Source: Coriobacteriia bacterium
GTDB taxonomy: Bacteria > Actinomycetota > Coriobacteriia > Anaerosomatales > JAAXUF01
DNA length: 64,000 nucleotides
Direction of reading: 5' to 3'
Assembly: GCA_038249135.1 (NCBI GenBank)
Contig: JBBRWO010000002.1
Span: 3,203 to 67,202, forward strand
Every line of letters starts with the position of its first letter. Position 1 is the stretch's first letter. This document shows, one piece after another, positions 15,257 to 23,183 of this stretch. The notes under the pieces are model-generated. The model searched no databases. It was not told the origin of the DNA and was given only the letters and a program-made list of their open reading frames with translations. A program made the translations under genes and the position numbers.

Positions 15257-16900
15257 CTAGCCGAGGATCTCGGCCAAGTCGGCCGCGGCGGACTCGCCGA
15301 TCGGCTTGATGTTGAAGTTCTCGACGAGCACGCCCAGCACGTTGGGGGTGATGAACGCCGGGAGTGTGGGTCCGAGGCGCATGTCGGTGATGCCGAGGGA
15401 GAGCAGCGTCAGCAGGACCGCGACGGCCTTCTGCTCGTACCACGACAGGATGATCGAGAGCGGCAGCTCGTTTACGCCGACCTCGAACGCGTCGGCAAGG
15501 GCCACGGCGATCTTGATCGCCGAGTAGGCGTCGTTGCACTGGCCTACGTCCATGAGGCGCGGCAGACCGCCGATCTCGCCCAGCTGCTTATCGAAGAAGC
15601 GGAACTTGCCGCATGCGAGCGTCAGTACGATGGTGTCGGCCGGGGTCTGCTCCACGAAATCCGTGTAGTAGTTGCGACCGGGCTTGGCGCCGTCGCAGCC
15701 GCCCACCAGGAAGAAGTGCTTGATCGCGCCGGATTTAACCGCCTCGATAACCGTCGGGGCGACGGACAGCACGGTGTTGTGACCGAAGCCGACCATGACC
15801 TCGACGGCGTCGGCGGTGGTGTCCTCGGCGAATCCGTCCATTGCGAGCGCCTTGTCGACAACCGCCGAGAAGTCAGCGCGCGACACGTGCGGCAGGCCCG
15901 GGAACTGCACGGGGCCGGAGGTGAATACGCGGTCCGTGTAAGACGCCTTGGGCGGCATCAGGCAGTTGGTGGTCATCAGCACGGCGCCGGGGAAGTTCGC
16001 GAACTCCTTGTGCTGGTTTTGCCACGCGGTGCCAAAGTGGCCGATGAACTGCGGATGCTTCTTGAGCTCCGGGTAGGCGTGCGTCGGCAGCATCTCACCG
16101 TGGGTGTAGACGTTGACGCCGGTGCCGTCGGTGGCCTTGAGGATCGCGTCCATATCGGCCAGATCGTGGCCGGAGACGAGAATCGCCTTGCCGGCCGCAT
16201 GGCCGAGCGGGACCTTGGTGGGGACAGGCTGACCGTAGGTGCCGGTGTTGGCCTCGTCGAGGATCTCCATGGCGCGCAGGTTCACCGAGCCACACTCGAG
16301 CGTCAGCGCGACCCAGTCGTTCAGGGTGAGCGACTCGTCGGAGAATGCAGCAAGTGCCTTGAACAGGTAGCTATAGATCATAGGGTCGGTCTTGCCCAGT
16401 GTGCGAGCGTGCTGCTCGTAGGCGCCGACGCCCTTCATGCCGTAAAGCGTGGTCTCCTGCAGCGACTGGATGTCAGGATCGGCCTCGCCGTTCCACGTCA
16501 CGCCCAGCTCCTGGCCCTGGGCGACCTTGCCCTCGACCGAGACGGCCGGGACGAACGTCGCGTAGATGCCCTCGTAGTGTGCGGGGCCACCGGCAGCCGC
16601 AACCGCAGCCTTCAGCGACTCGCGCAACGTGTAGGCCTCGTCGACGATTCCCGCGATGGACTGCGGGTCGAAGTCGACGTTGGTGAGCGTGGTGAACAGC
16701 GCGTCAGCGACGAACGCTCCGGCCGCGGCCGTGTCCACACCAAGCTTCTCGGCGTCGACTGCCACGAGCGCAATTCCGCGGCACGAGTTGACGAGCAGAT
16801 CCTGCAGAGCCGCGACGTCTTCCTTCTTGCCGCACACCCCCACAGTCGTACAGGCCTCGCCGTGAGCCGTCTGCTCACACTGATTACAGAACATAGACAT
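15257..16900 (-). CDS. hcp: Hybrid cluster protein / hydroxylamine reductase
   Basis: The N-terminus MSMFCNQCEQTAHGEACTTVGVCGK carries Cx2Cx8Cx5C. The remainder is conserved (GHDL, TNCLMPP, LACGKFRF). The ATG at 16900 has a GGGGAG SD. Confidence 0.95.
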   Translation of the reverse strand: MSMFCNQCEQTAHGEACTTVGVCGKKEDVAALQDLLVNSCRGIALVAVDAEKLGVDTAAAGAFVADALFTTLTNVDFDPQSIAGIVDEAYTLRESLKAAVAAAGGPAHYEGIYATFVPAVSVEGKVAQGQELGVTWNGEADPDIQSLQETTLYGMKGVGAYEQHARTLGKTDPMIYSYLFKALAAFSDESLTLNDWVALTLECGSVNLRAMEILDEANTGTYGQPVPTKVPLGHAAGKAILVSGHDLADMDAILKATDGTGVNVYTHGEMLPTHAYPELKKHPQFIGHFGTAWQNQHKEFANFPGAVLMTTNCLMPPKASYTDRVFTSGPVQFPGLPHVSRADFSAVVDKALAMDGFAEDTTADAVEVMVGFGHNTVLSVAPTVIEAVKSGAIKHFFLVGGCDGAKPGRNYYTDFVEQTPADTIVLTLACGKFRFFDKQLGEIGGLPRLMDVGQCNDAYSAIKIAVALADAFEVGVNELPLSIILSWYEQKAVAVLLTLLSLGITDMRLGPTLPAFITPNVLGVLVENFNIKPIGESAAADLAEILG

Positions 16901-17000
16901 GGTCAACTCCCCTTTTCCATTTCGTGGTCCTTCCGGCATTTCGTTCTTCAAGCAACTCAGCCGCAGTTTCACGGCGTAATGAACTTCGAGGCTCTTTCGT

Positions 17001-17023
17001 CCTGGACCTGACCATGGTCCAGG
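17001..17023. promoter_or_regulatory. Inverted repeat upstream of hcp (candidate operator)
   Basis: cctggacc-tgaccat-ggtccagg, with 8-bp perfect arms and a 7-nt spacer. It lies about 100 nt upstream of the hcp ATG. Confidence 0.3.
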
Positions 17024-17053
17024 TCTTCCCTAAGCCACATGCAGTCTCACGGA

Positions 17054-17180
17054 GAGCACGGGGCCGTGGGGGTCCCGCGCGAGTTCCGCAGCCGGGGTAG
17101 GTGGTCGGATGCATCGCATCCGTCCACCGAGGGCCCCCGGCAAGGACTGCCGAGCCCGGGACCCCCACGGCCCCGTGCTC
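17054..17180. repeat. 127-nt nested inverted repeat (rod-like hairpin) between the ferredoxin gene and hcp
   Basis: The outer arms are a perfect 24-bp pair: gagcacggggccgtgggggtcccg (17054-17077) and cgggacccccacggccccgtgctc (17157-17180). Inside are ccgggg/ccccgg (6 bp) and ggtggtcggatgc/gcatccgtccacc (13 bp, 1 mismatch, 3-nt loop). Confidence 0.9.
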
Positions 17181-17190
17181 GGCAGCAAGA

Positions 17191-17601
17191 CTACCCGTGG
17201 ATGAGCGCCGGCAAGCACCGAGTGCAAACCCACGTGCTGGTCCCCTGGGTCCGCACCGGCAACAGTGGCCCGTCATCCTCGGATCGGTTGCAGACGTAAC
17301 AGTGCTGCGCGATGTAGACCGGCTTGTTGGCCGCGACCGCCTCGGCGAGCTTCTCGGCGACGCGATCCTCTACGGCGGCCTCGTCAAACGGCACGGCTTC
17401 GCGGGTCTCGAGGGTCAGCGCGCCGGTGGGACATACGCCCAGGCAGAAGCCGGCGCCGTCGCACAACTCCTCTTTGACGACCTTGGCCTTGCCGTCGATC
17501 AGGACGATGGCGCCCTCGGCACACGGGCTGACACAGACGCCGCAGCCGTTGCAGAGCTCTTCATCGATATGGACGATTTGGCGGGTGACGGTGGTACTCA
17601 T
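17191..17601 (-). CDS. 2x[4Fe-4S] ferredoxin-domain protein with C-terminal CxxC...CxxC
   Basis: [16 protein letters not shown] and [16 protein letters not shown], with a C-terminal CYVC...CTRC. An AGGAGG SD is present. Its ATG overlaps the upstream TGA as ATGA. Confidence 0.85.
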   Translation of the reverse strand: MSTTVTRQIVHIDEELCNGCGVCVSPCAEGAIVLIDGKAKVVKEELCDGAGFCLGVCPTGALTLETREAVPFDEAAVEDRVAEKLAEAVAANKPVYIAQHCYVCNRSEDDGPLLPVRTQGTSTWVCTRCLPALIHG

Positions 17602-18188
17602 CGGGTTTCCTCCTGGTGAATGGGGGTGCCGGCGGCCGCGGCGGCGGCCTTCTCGGCGGCGAGTCTCTTGTATTTCCGACCGTCGAGCACGTGCTTGATG
17701 CCGGCGATCGCGTAGCCTTTGCGCCACGACTTGGGACCCGAGTAGCGCATCATGCCCTGCTGCCATGCGCGCTCGTCGGCCTTGTAGCAGTGGGTCTCGC
17801 AGTAGGCGCAGAACGGCTTGGGGTCTTCCGGGCAGTACGCGCGTCGCTTCTCGGCGTAGGCGAGGTGCGCTTCGCACTCCTCACAGAGAACCGGGAGCTT
17901 ACGGCCGTAGATGCCCAGCTGGGCGGCCTCGGTCTGCGCGCTGTGCCGCGTTCGATCGCGGTGATGACCGTCGCACCAGATGGCGATGAAGTCACCGAGC
18001 GTGGTCGTATCGCTGACCACTTCCGAGTCCCTCATGCGCTCCACGAACTTCTGGTTCACTGCCCTGAGCCCTTCCGCGAATGCGACCGTGCGATTGCGGT
18101 ACCGGTCCGGCGATCTCGCGGGCACGTAGTCCTTACCCGCTCTCGCACCGTACGCTCCCCACACGGTGTGTTCTTTGACGCGGGTCAA
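17598..18188 (-). CDS. YgbA-like (nitrous-oxide-stimulated promoter family) Cys-rich protein with N-terminal extension
   Basis: IAIWCDGHH...[36 protein letters not shown]...MMRYSGP, matching the remembered YgbA pattern. The TTG start is from the ORF track and is uncertain. Confidence 0.65.
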   Translation of the reverse strand: MTRVKEHTVWGAYGARAGKDYVPARSPDRYRNRTVAFAEGLRAVNQKFVERMRDSEVVSDTTTLGDFIAIWCDGHHRDRTRHSAQTEAAQLGIYGRKLPVLCEECEAHLAYAEKRRAYCPEDPKPFCAYCETHCYKADERAWQQGMMRYSGPKSWRKGYAIAGIKHVLDGRKYKRLAAEKAAAAAAGTPIHQEETR

Positions 18189-18244
18189 TTCGCCGAAGAA
18201 TCTTTACACTGGGGGTAGGAAATGAGGGACGCCCCCATCCGATC

Positions 18245-19000
18245 ATGCGCGAATCCAGCGCAGTCACGCCGCGAAAGGCACCTGTGACAGCACCAAGCAA
18301 CATCCGTCCCGACGTGTGGGCCGCACTCCGAGGCTGCCGCCTCTGGCGCACCGCCTCAGATGACGCCGTCGCGGTACTGGCCCGTCGCGCGCACGTTCGC
18401 GAACTGGCTCGCGGTGCGTCGCTGGCACGTGAGGGCGAAGCCGCCGAGGAGTTCGGCGTGCTGGTGACCGGAAAGGCGCGGGTGTTCTATCTTGGCGCCG
18501 ACGGTCGGCAGATCACCTTCGAGACGATCTCTGCCGGCGAGCCACTGGCCGCCGTCGCTGCCATGGCAAACTCGCGCTACCCGGCCAACATCGAGGCTGC
18601 TACTCCGGCGACTGTCGCGTGCATCCCAACCGATGCGCTGTTCGATCTGCTCACCGCAGAGCCCCAGGTGGCGCGAACGCTGGTCGCGGACCTCGCGAAC
18701 CGGGTGGTGAACTTCACGGCCGTCGTTAGCACGCTGGCGCTCGATGTTCCCAGCCGAGTAGCCCGCTACGTCTTCCACCGCGCGCTGCAGTCGGGCACGA
18801 CGAGCTCGCGCGGACTCGAGATCGAGCTTGGCATGAAGAAGGGCGAGCTCGCGATGGCGCTCGGAACCGTGCCCGAGACGCTCTCTCGCGCGTTCGCGAA
18901 GCTCAAGGACGACGGCATCCTCGAGGTGCACGGTCAGTTGGTCACCATCCTGGACATGCGCGCGCTTGCAGCGCTGAGCAGCGGCTACGACGAGGGTTAG
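18245..19000 (+). CDS. Crp/Fnr family transcription regulator (HcpR-like by context)
   Basis: A cNMP-binding-type beta-barrel (GEAAEEFGVLVTGKARVFYLGADGRQITF) and a C-terminal HTH (MKKGELAMALGTVPETLSRAFAKLKDDGIL). It is divergent from the ygbA-fdx-hcp genes. Confidence 0.85.
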   Translation: MRESSAVTPRKAPVTAPSNIRPDVWAALRGCRLWRTASDDAVAVLARRAHVRELARGASLAREGEAAEEFGVLVTGKARVFYLGADGRQITFETISAGEPLAAVAAMANSRYPANIEAATPATVACIPTDALFDLLTAEPQVARTLVADLANRVVNFTAVVSTLALDVPSRVARYVFHRALQSGTTSSRGLEIELGMKKGELAMALGTVPETLSRAFAKLKDDGILEVHGQLVTILDMRALAALSSGYDEG

Positions 19001-19788
19001 TCGGCCGCGTCAGCGGTCTCGGTGGAAACGGTGGCTCCCGCGGCCTCAGCGGCCCGACGCGCCTTGCCTGCCGCAATCGCTTCCTTAGCACCCTTGTCCA
19101 GCGTGCCCGCCATCAGGAATCCCGCGAGAAGCATCGCCGAGGCGACCATCTCGCCCGGGTACAGGCCCACGGACACTCCCGCGCGTGCCATGCCACCGGC
19201 GGCGGCGATGGAGATCGTGCCGGCTGCGATGAGCACGTTGGCCCACACGCGGTACGCGTACTCACGCTTGCGAGCGAACCGGTAGATCGAGATCAGGGCT
19301 CCGCCCAGCAGGAAGACGGTGCCGGAGATGTTGAACGGTAGCGACATGATGCGAGGGAACACTCCGGCCGCGCCCAACGCCTGCCCACCGACGGTGATTC
19401 CCGGCACGAGCTTCTCAAGCCGCAGCGAGGTGTTGAACGCGCCCCACAGGAAGACGAGTTCCCAGCCGAGCAGCATCCCGAGGTAGATGTGCGGACCGGT
19501 CTTCTTCTTGGCGAGCAGATAGAAGGAGCCGAGACCCAGATAGCCGACCATCGACGCTGCCAACACGATGTAGATGCGGTAGACGGTGGGATCCCACACG
19601 CCGCGAAACTCCGAGACGGCCTCCATGAGCGCCGCGACCGCGTACATCATCAGTCCCACGGACCACGCCAACTGATGCGGCTTGCGCCGATCGATCCACT
19701 GCGAGAACACGAGCCACGTGAAGATGAAGCCAAGAATGGCCGTCATCGCGGGCCACCACCAGCCGGACCAGAACTCCATCGCAGTCAT
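18997..19788 (-). CDS. Polytopic membrane protein, unknown family
   Basis: Begins MTAMEFWSGWWWPAMTAILGFIF.... It has about 7 TM helices and an Ala-rich C-terminal tail. Confidence 0.55.
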   Translation of the reverse strand: MTAMEFWSGWWWPAMTAILGFIFTWLVFSQWIDRRKPHQLAWSVGLMMYAVAALMEAVSEFRGVWDPTVYRIYIVLAASMVGYLGLGSFYLLAKKKTGPHIYLGMLLGWELVFLWGAFNTSLRLEKLVPGITVGGQALGAAGVFPRIMSLPFNISGTVFLLGGALISIYRFARKREYAYRVWANVLIAAGTISIAAAGGMARAGVSVGLYPGEMVASAMLLAGFLMAGTLDKGAKEAIAAGKARRAAEAAGATVSTETADAAD

Positions 19789-19855
19789 TGCGCCCCCTCG
19801 TCATCTGCGTGCACCACACCCCACCTCGGGGCCTGCGGCGTCCTGCTCGGGTAGT

Positions 19856-20764
19856 CTACATCGCCTTCAGGGATTGGTCGGCGGCGCTCGCCTTGTCCCG
19901 CGCCTTGAAGTAACGCTCGGTGGGGGTGTCAGCCAGCGACTTGTAAGCGTCGGCGATTGCGGTGATCGGCGAGGGTGGCAGTGCTTTGTACATCGCGATG
20001 CCCTTCGCGTCAGCCTGGTTGTAGGCCGCGATGAAGGTATTGGCCACTGCGGGCTTGCCCGCGAGCCATGCAGCGTCGGACTTTCGCGAGATACCGACCT
20101 GTACCAGCTTCTGGTCCACGTACGCGACGTAGCGATCCAGCCCGGCCTCAGGAAACGCAGTAGCCGCCTGGCTGAACAGGTCGCGCGCGGACTGGAACGC
20201 CTTCTCAGCCTGCGCGTTCTTCACGGCCGAGTCCTGCACGCCGGCCTTGGTGAGCTTGTTGTACGACGCAACCGCCGAGTCCGCGAGTTTGTCGGCGGCG
20301 AGCGTCTCGTCCCACGCCTGCTGCGTCAACGGCTGAGACTTGGCCACCATCACGCTGGCCGAGAGGATTACCGGCGCCTGCTCCAACATGTCCAGCTTCG
20401 CATTCGCGGTCGCTTTCAGCAGATTCGCCTTCGCGCGCTCGGCGTTGTTGAGGTTGGGATATGCGACCTCGATGAGCGACACCGCCTCGGTAAGCTGATT
20501 CTTGGTGGTTGCGACGGTCGGCTCGAGCTCGAGCGCCTGCTGGCCGACCTCCGGTGTGACCTCGGCCCGGATGACCGTATCGATCGCGATCACGGACGTA
20601 TCCGCAGACTCCACGATGATGATCGCTTGGTCCATCTGCTTCGCCGAGGCGAGCCGTTTGCTCATGACACCCCAGCCCAGAATGCCTGCAACAACCACCA
20701 CCAGCACGCCGCCGATGATCAGCGCCGTCCATATCGTGCGTTCTCGACGTGCCTGATCGGTCAT
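19856..20764 (-). CDS. N-terminally anchored, predicted all-helical extracytoplasmic protein, unknown family
   Basis: A single TM (IWTALIIGGVLVVVVAGILGWGV), then about 260 aa rich in Ala/Lys/Gln. Its start overlaps the kinase stop as ATGA. Confidence 0.55.
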   Translation of the reverse strand: MTDQARRERTIWTALIIGGVLVVVVAGILGWGVMSKRLASAKQMDQAIIIVESADTSVIAIDTVIRAEVTPEVGQQALELEPTVATTKNQLTEAVSLIEVAYPNLNNAERAKANLLKATANAKLDMLEQAPVILSASVMVAKSQPLTQQAWDETLAADKLADSAVASYNKLTKAGVQDSAVKNAQAEKAFQSARDLFSQAATAFPEAGLDRYVAYVDQKLVQVGISRKSDAAWLAGKPAVANTFIAAYNQADAKGIAMYKALPPSPITAIADAYKSLADTPTERYFKARDKASAADQSLKAM

Positions 20765-22017
20765 GATGTGGCCTCACTTTCAGACCGCTCAGCGGTCCTG
20801 GGCAGTCGAATGGCGAACGTGCTTCCTGTTGCAGGTAGGCTCGCGACGGTGATGAATCCACCATGAGCCTCCGCGATCACGCGAGCAAGGAACAGGCCGA
20901 TGCCCAGCCCTTCTCGGCCACCGTGCAGGGATGTACCCGAATAGAAACGGTCGAAAATCCGGTCGCGCTCGGACGTATCGATGCCCGAGCCTGTGTCGGC
21001 GACCTCGATCACCACCTCGGTGGCGGTGCTGTAGAGGCTCACTCCGATGCTGGCTTCTTGCGGAGTGTGGCGCAGCGCGTTGTTGATCAGGCTCGCGATC
21101 GCCTGCGCGATTCGCCGGCGGTCAGCCGGAATCGGGCCGAGCCGCGGTTCGAAATCCATCACGACTCGCGTCTCCGCGCCGTGCACTCGGGCCACCGCAT
21201 CGGTGACCGCCGTCGCCAGGTTGGTGGGTTCCACGTTGAGCTCCAGCTCGCCACTCTCCAACTCAAAGATCACGTGGAGGTCGTCAAGAAGTGCCGACAT
21301 CTGTCCGGCGCGTTCCGAGAGGGCGCGGACCGTTCTGCTCCGACGCTCCTCGTCGTTGATGATCGCGGGATGCTGTAGAAGCTGCGTGAACCCGATCACC
21401 GCAGTGAGCGGATCGCGGAGTTCACGTGACACCACCTCGACGAAGTCGTTGCGATGCCGCTCGAGCCTCGTATCCGGTCCCAGCTCGCGCGTCAGCGACA
21501 TGATTGCTGCAGCGTCGCCGTCCTGGTCGAACACGGGAATCAGCACCATGCGCAACATGATGCGCGAGCCGTCTGAACGCATCGCCTGTCCGTCGCGCTC
21601 GGCCACGTAATCGCCAGCCGCGACCGCTCTAAGGTCGCTGATCAGGTGCAGCCGATTCTCCTCGGCGATGTGCGGCAGCTTCTTGCCGAGAACCTCGTGG
21701 GCGCTCCAGCCATACAGGTCCTCGCACGTGGAGTTCCAGCGCAGAACGTGGCCGTCGAGATCGAGCAGCTTGACGCAGTCACCGGAGTGCCGCGCGAGCG
21801 CCTCGAGAACCTCCTCGGCGTTGCCGATATAGAAACTTTCCTTGGCCGGCTGGTCCGAATCGAAACGGACTCCCGCAGAGGAAAGCGGAACGTATCGTGG
21901 TGCCGGTGCGTTGGTCACGCGTGCTCCTGTCCTCGCGTACTGGGTGTACGCTGCCGCTCTCTTGTACCGCACCTGAGCGTCCTCGGCAAAGGTGCCGTCT
22001 TCCGCGAAAATTGGCAT
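20761..22017 (-). CDS. PAS-domain histidine-kinase-like protein whose H-box His is Arg
   Basis: PAS region: LDLDGHVLRWNSTCEDLYGWSAHEVLGK. The H-box position reads FVEVVSRELRDPLTAVIGF, with codon CGT verified on the DNA. The N (INNALRHT), G1 (DTGSGI), F (FDRFY) and G2 (GLGIGL) boxes are intact. The start at 22017 is uncertain. Confidence 0.8.
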   Translation of the reverse strand: MPIFAEDGTFAEDAQVRYKRAAAYTQYARTGARVTNAPAPRYVPLSSAGVRFDSDQPAKESFYIGNAEEVLEALARHSGDCVKLLDLDGHVLRWNSTCEDLYGWSAHEVLGKKLPHIAEENRLHLISDLRAVAAGDYVAERDGQAMRSDGSRIMLRMVLIPVFDQDGDAAAIMSLTRELGPDTRLERHRNDFVEVVSRELRDPLTAVIGFTQLLQHPAIINDEERRSRTVRALSERAGQMSALLDDLHVIFELESGELELNVEPTNLATAVTDAVARVHGAETRVVMDFEPRLGPIPADRRRIAQAIASLINNALRHTPQEASIGVSLYSTATEVVIEVADTGSGIDTSERDRIFDRFYSGTSLHGGREGLGIGLFLARVIAEAHGGFITVASLPATGSTFAIRLPRTAERSESEATS

Positions 22018-22104
22018 GCACGTTGCTTTCACATTTCCGAGTCGCGGCGAACCGCCTCCTCCTCCCCCCTCAGAGGCGGGGAACGCCCGCTCAGGCAATA
22101 GAAC

Positions 22105-22140
22105 GGCCCGCGTCCCCCACGCGGGTCGTTTCGTTTCCCG
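22105..22140 (+). terminator. Terminator-like hairpin with T-rich tail and no upstream plus-strand gene
   Basis: Stem cccgcgt/acgcggg (7 bp, plus 2 flanking pairs), loop ccccc, then tcgtttcgtttcc. It lies in the kinase/pafB intergenic region. Confidence 0.35.
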
Positions 22141-22155
22141 AGACGGTTTGTGCCG

Positions 22156-22161
22156 TACAAT
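22156..22161 (+). promoter_or_regulatory. Candidate -10 (TACAAT) for the pafB-like gene
   Basis: TACAAT lies 38 nt upstream of the ATG at 22200. A GGGGA SD is present. The -35 element is weak. Confidence 0.35.
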
Positions 22162-22199
22162 CTGCCTGTCAGCCGCACGCACCCGAGGGGAACTCCGCA

Positions 22200-23183
22200 A
22201 TGAGCGATGCCGTAGAGCGTCTCGTCAACCTCGCCCTCTTCCTTTCAGATGCCACGGTCCCCGTGACGCGCGATCGCGTGCGCGCCGAGGTCCAGGGCTA
22301 TCCCGCAGGCCAGGATGAGGACGCGTTCCTCCGTATGTTTGAGCGCGACAAGGACCAGCTCCGCGCCGCCGGCTTCACCATCCTCACCGACGAGGACAGC
22401 CGCTACTCCGTCGATCGCGACGCCACATTCGCCTCCACCGTTGACCTCACGCCGCAGGAGATCGCCGCCCTGCGCGCCGCGGGCACCGCGCTCCTCGCCG
22501 ACCCCTCCTTCCCCTTCGGCCCCGACCTTCGCCTCGCACTTGCAAAGATAGCCGCCGGGTCTGACAACGACGGCCCCGCCACCGCCATAGCCGCCGCCTC
22601 GCGACTCGCCGACGAGGACCCGGAGCGTCAGGGCGTCGCCGTCGCTGACCTTACCGCCGCAGCCACCGCCAGCAAGCGCGTCACCTTCGGCTACACCAAC
22701 TCCTACGGCTCCTCGGCCCCGCACGACGTCGAGCCCTACGGCCTCTTCCTGCACGACGGCCGTTGGTACCTCGTGGGCCGCGACCTCGCCCGCGACGAGG
22801 TCCGCACCTACACCGTCTCGCGCATGGACGCGATCGCCGTCAACACCGCCAAGCCCGCCACCCCGGACTTCGAGCGCCCCACCGGCTTCGACGTGGGCAG
22901 CTTCGTCCGCCTCCCCTTCCAGTACGGCCCGCCCGCCGAGGAGTTCGAGGCCGATTTCACCATCGACCCCTCCGCCGCCTGGCGTGCCAAGCGACTCACC
23001 GCCGGACAGGGCGAGCTGGTCGCTGACGGTGACGGCTTCCGCTGGCGCGTCTCGGCGCGGTCGGTTCCTCGGCTGGTGCGATTCGTGGTCGAGAACGAAC
23101 CCGGCGTGCGACTTATCGGCCCCCCACACGCGTGCACCGCGCTGCGCGACGGACTCGAGACGGTGGCGAACCTCCATGGCTAA
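22200..23183 (+). CDS. pafB: PafB-like HTH/WYL-domain transcription regulator
   Basis: MSDAVERLVNLALFL...AFLRMFERDKDQLRAAGF, then a WYL-type region RVTFGYTNSYGSSAPHDVEPYGLFLHDGRWYLVGRDLARDEVRTYTVSRM. Part of track ORF 21897..23183. Confidence 0.8.
   Translation: MSDAVERLVNLALFLSDATVPVTRDRVRAEVQGYPAGQDEDAFLRMFERDKDQLRAAGFTILTDEDSRYSVDRDATFASTVDLTPQEIAALRAAGTALLADPSFPFGPDLRLALAKIAAGSDNDGPATAIAAASRLADEDPERQGVAVADLTAAATASKRVTFGYTNSYGSSAPHDVEPYGLFLHDGRWYLVGRDLARDEVRTYTVSRMDAIAVNTAKPATPDFERPTGFDVGSFVRLPFQYGPPAEEFEADFTIDPSAAWRAKRLTAGQGELVADGDGFRWRVSARSVPRLVRFVVENEPGVRLIGPPHACTALRDGLETVANLHG

Noticed and set aside
18189-18244. Possible Crp/Fnr (HcpR) operator in the 56-nt divergent region between the regulator and the ygbA-like gene
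   Set aside because: I found only a 6-bp inverted repeat, tggggg/ccccca, with a 16-nt spacer. Nothing resembles TTGAT-N4-ATCAA or TTGTGA-N6-TCACAA. This is not enough to call a site.
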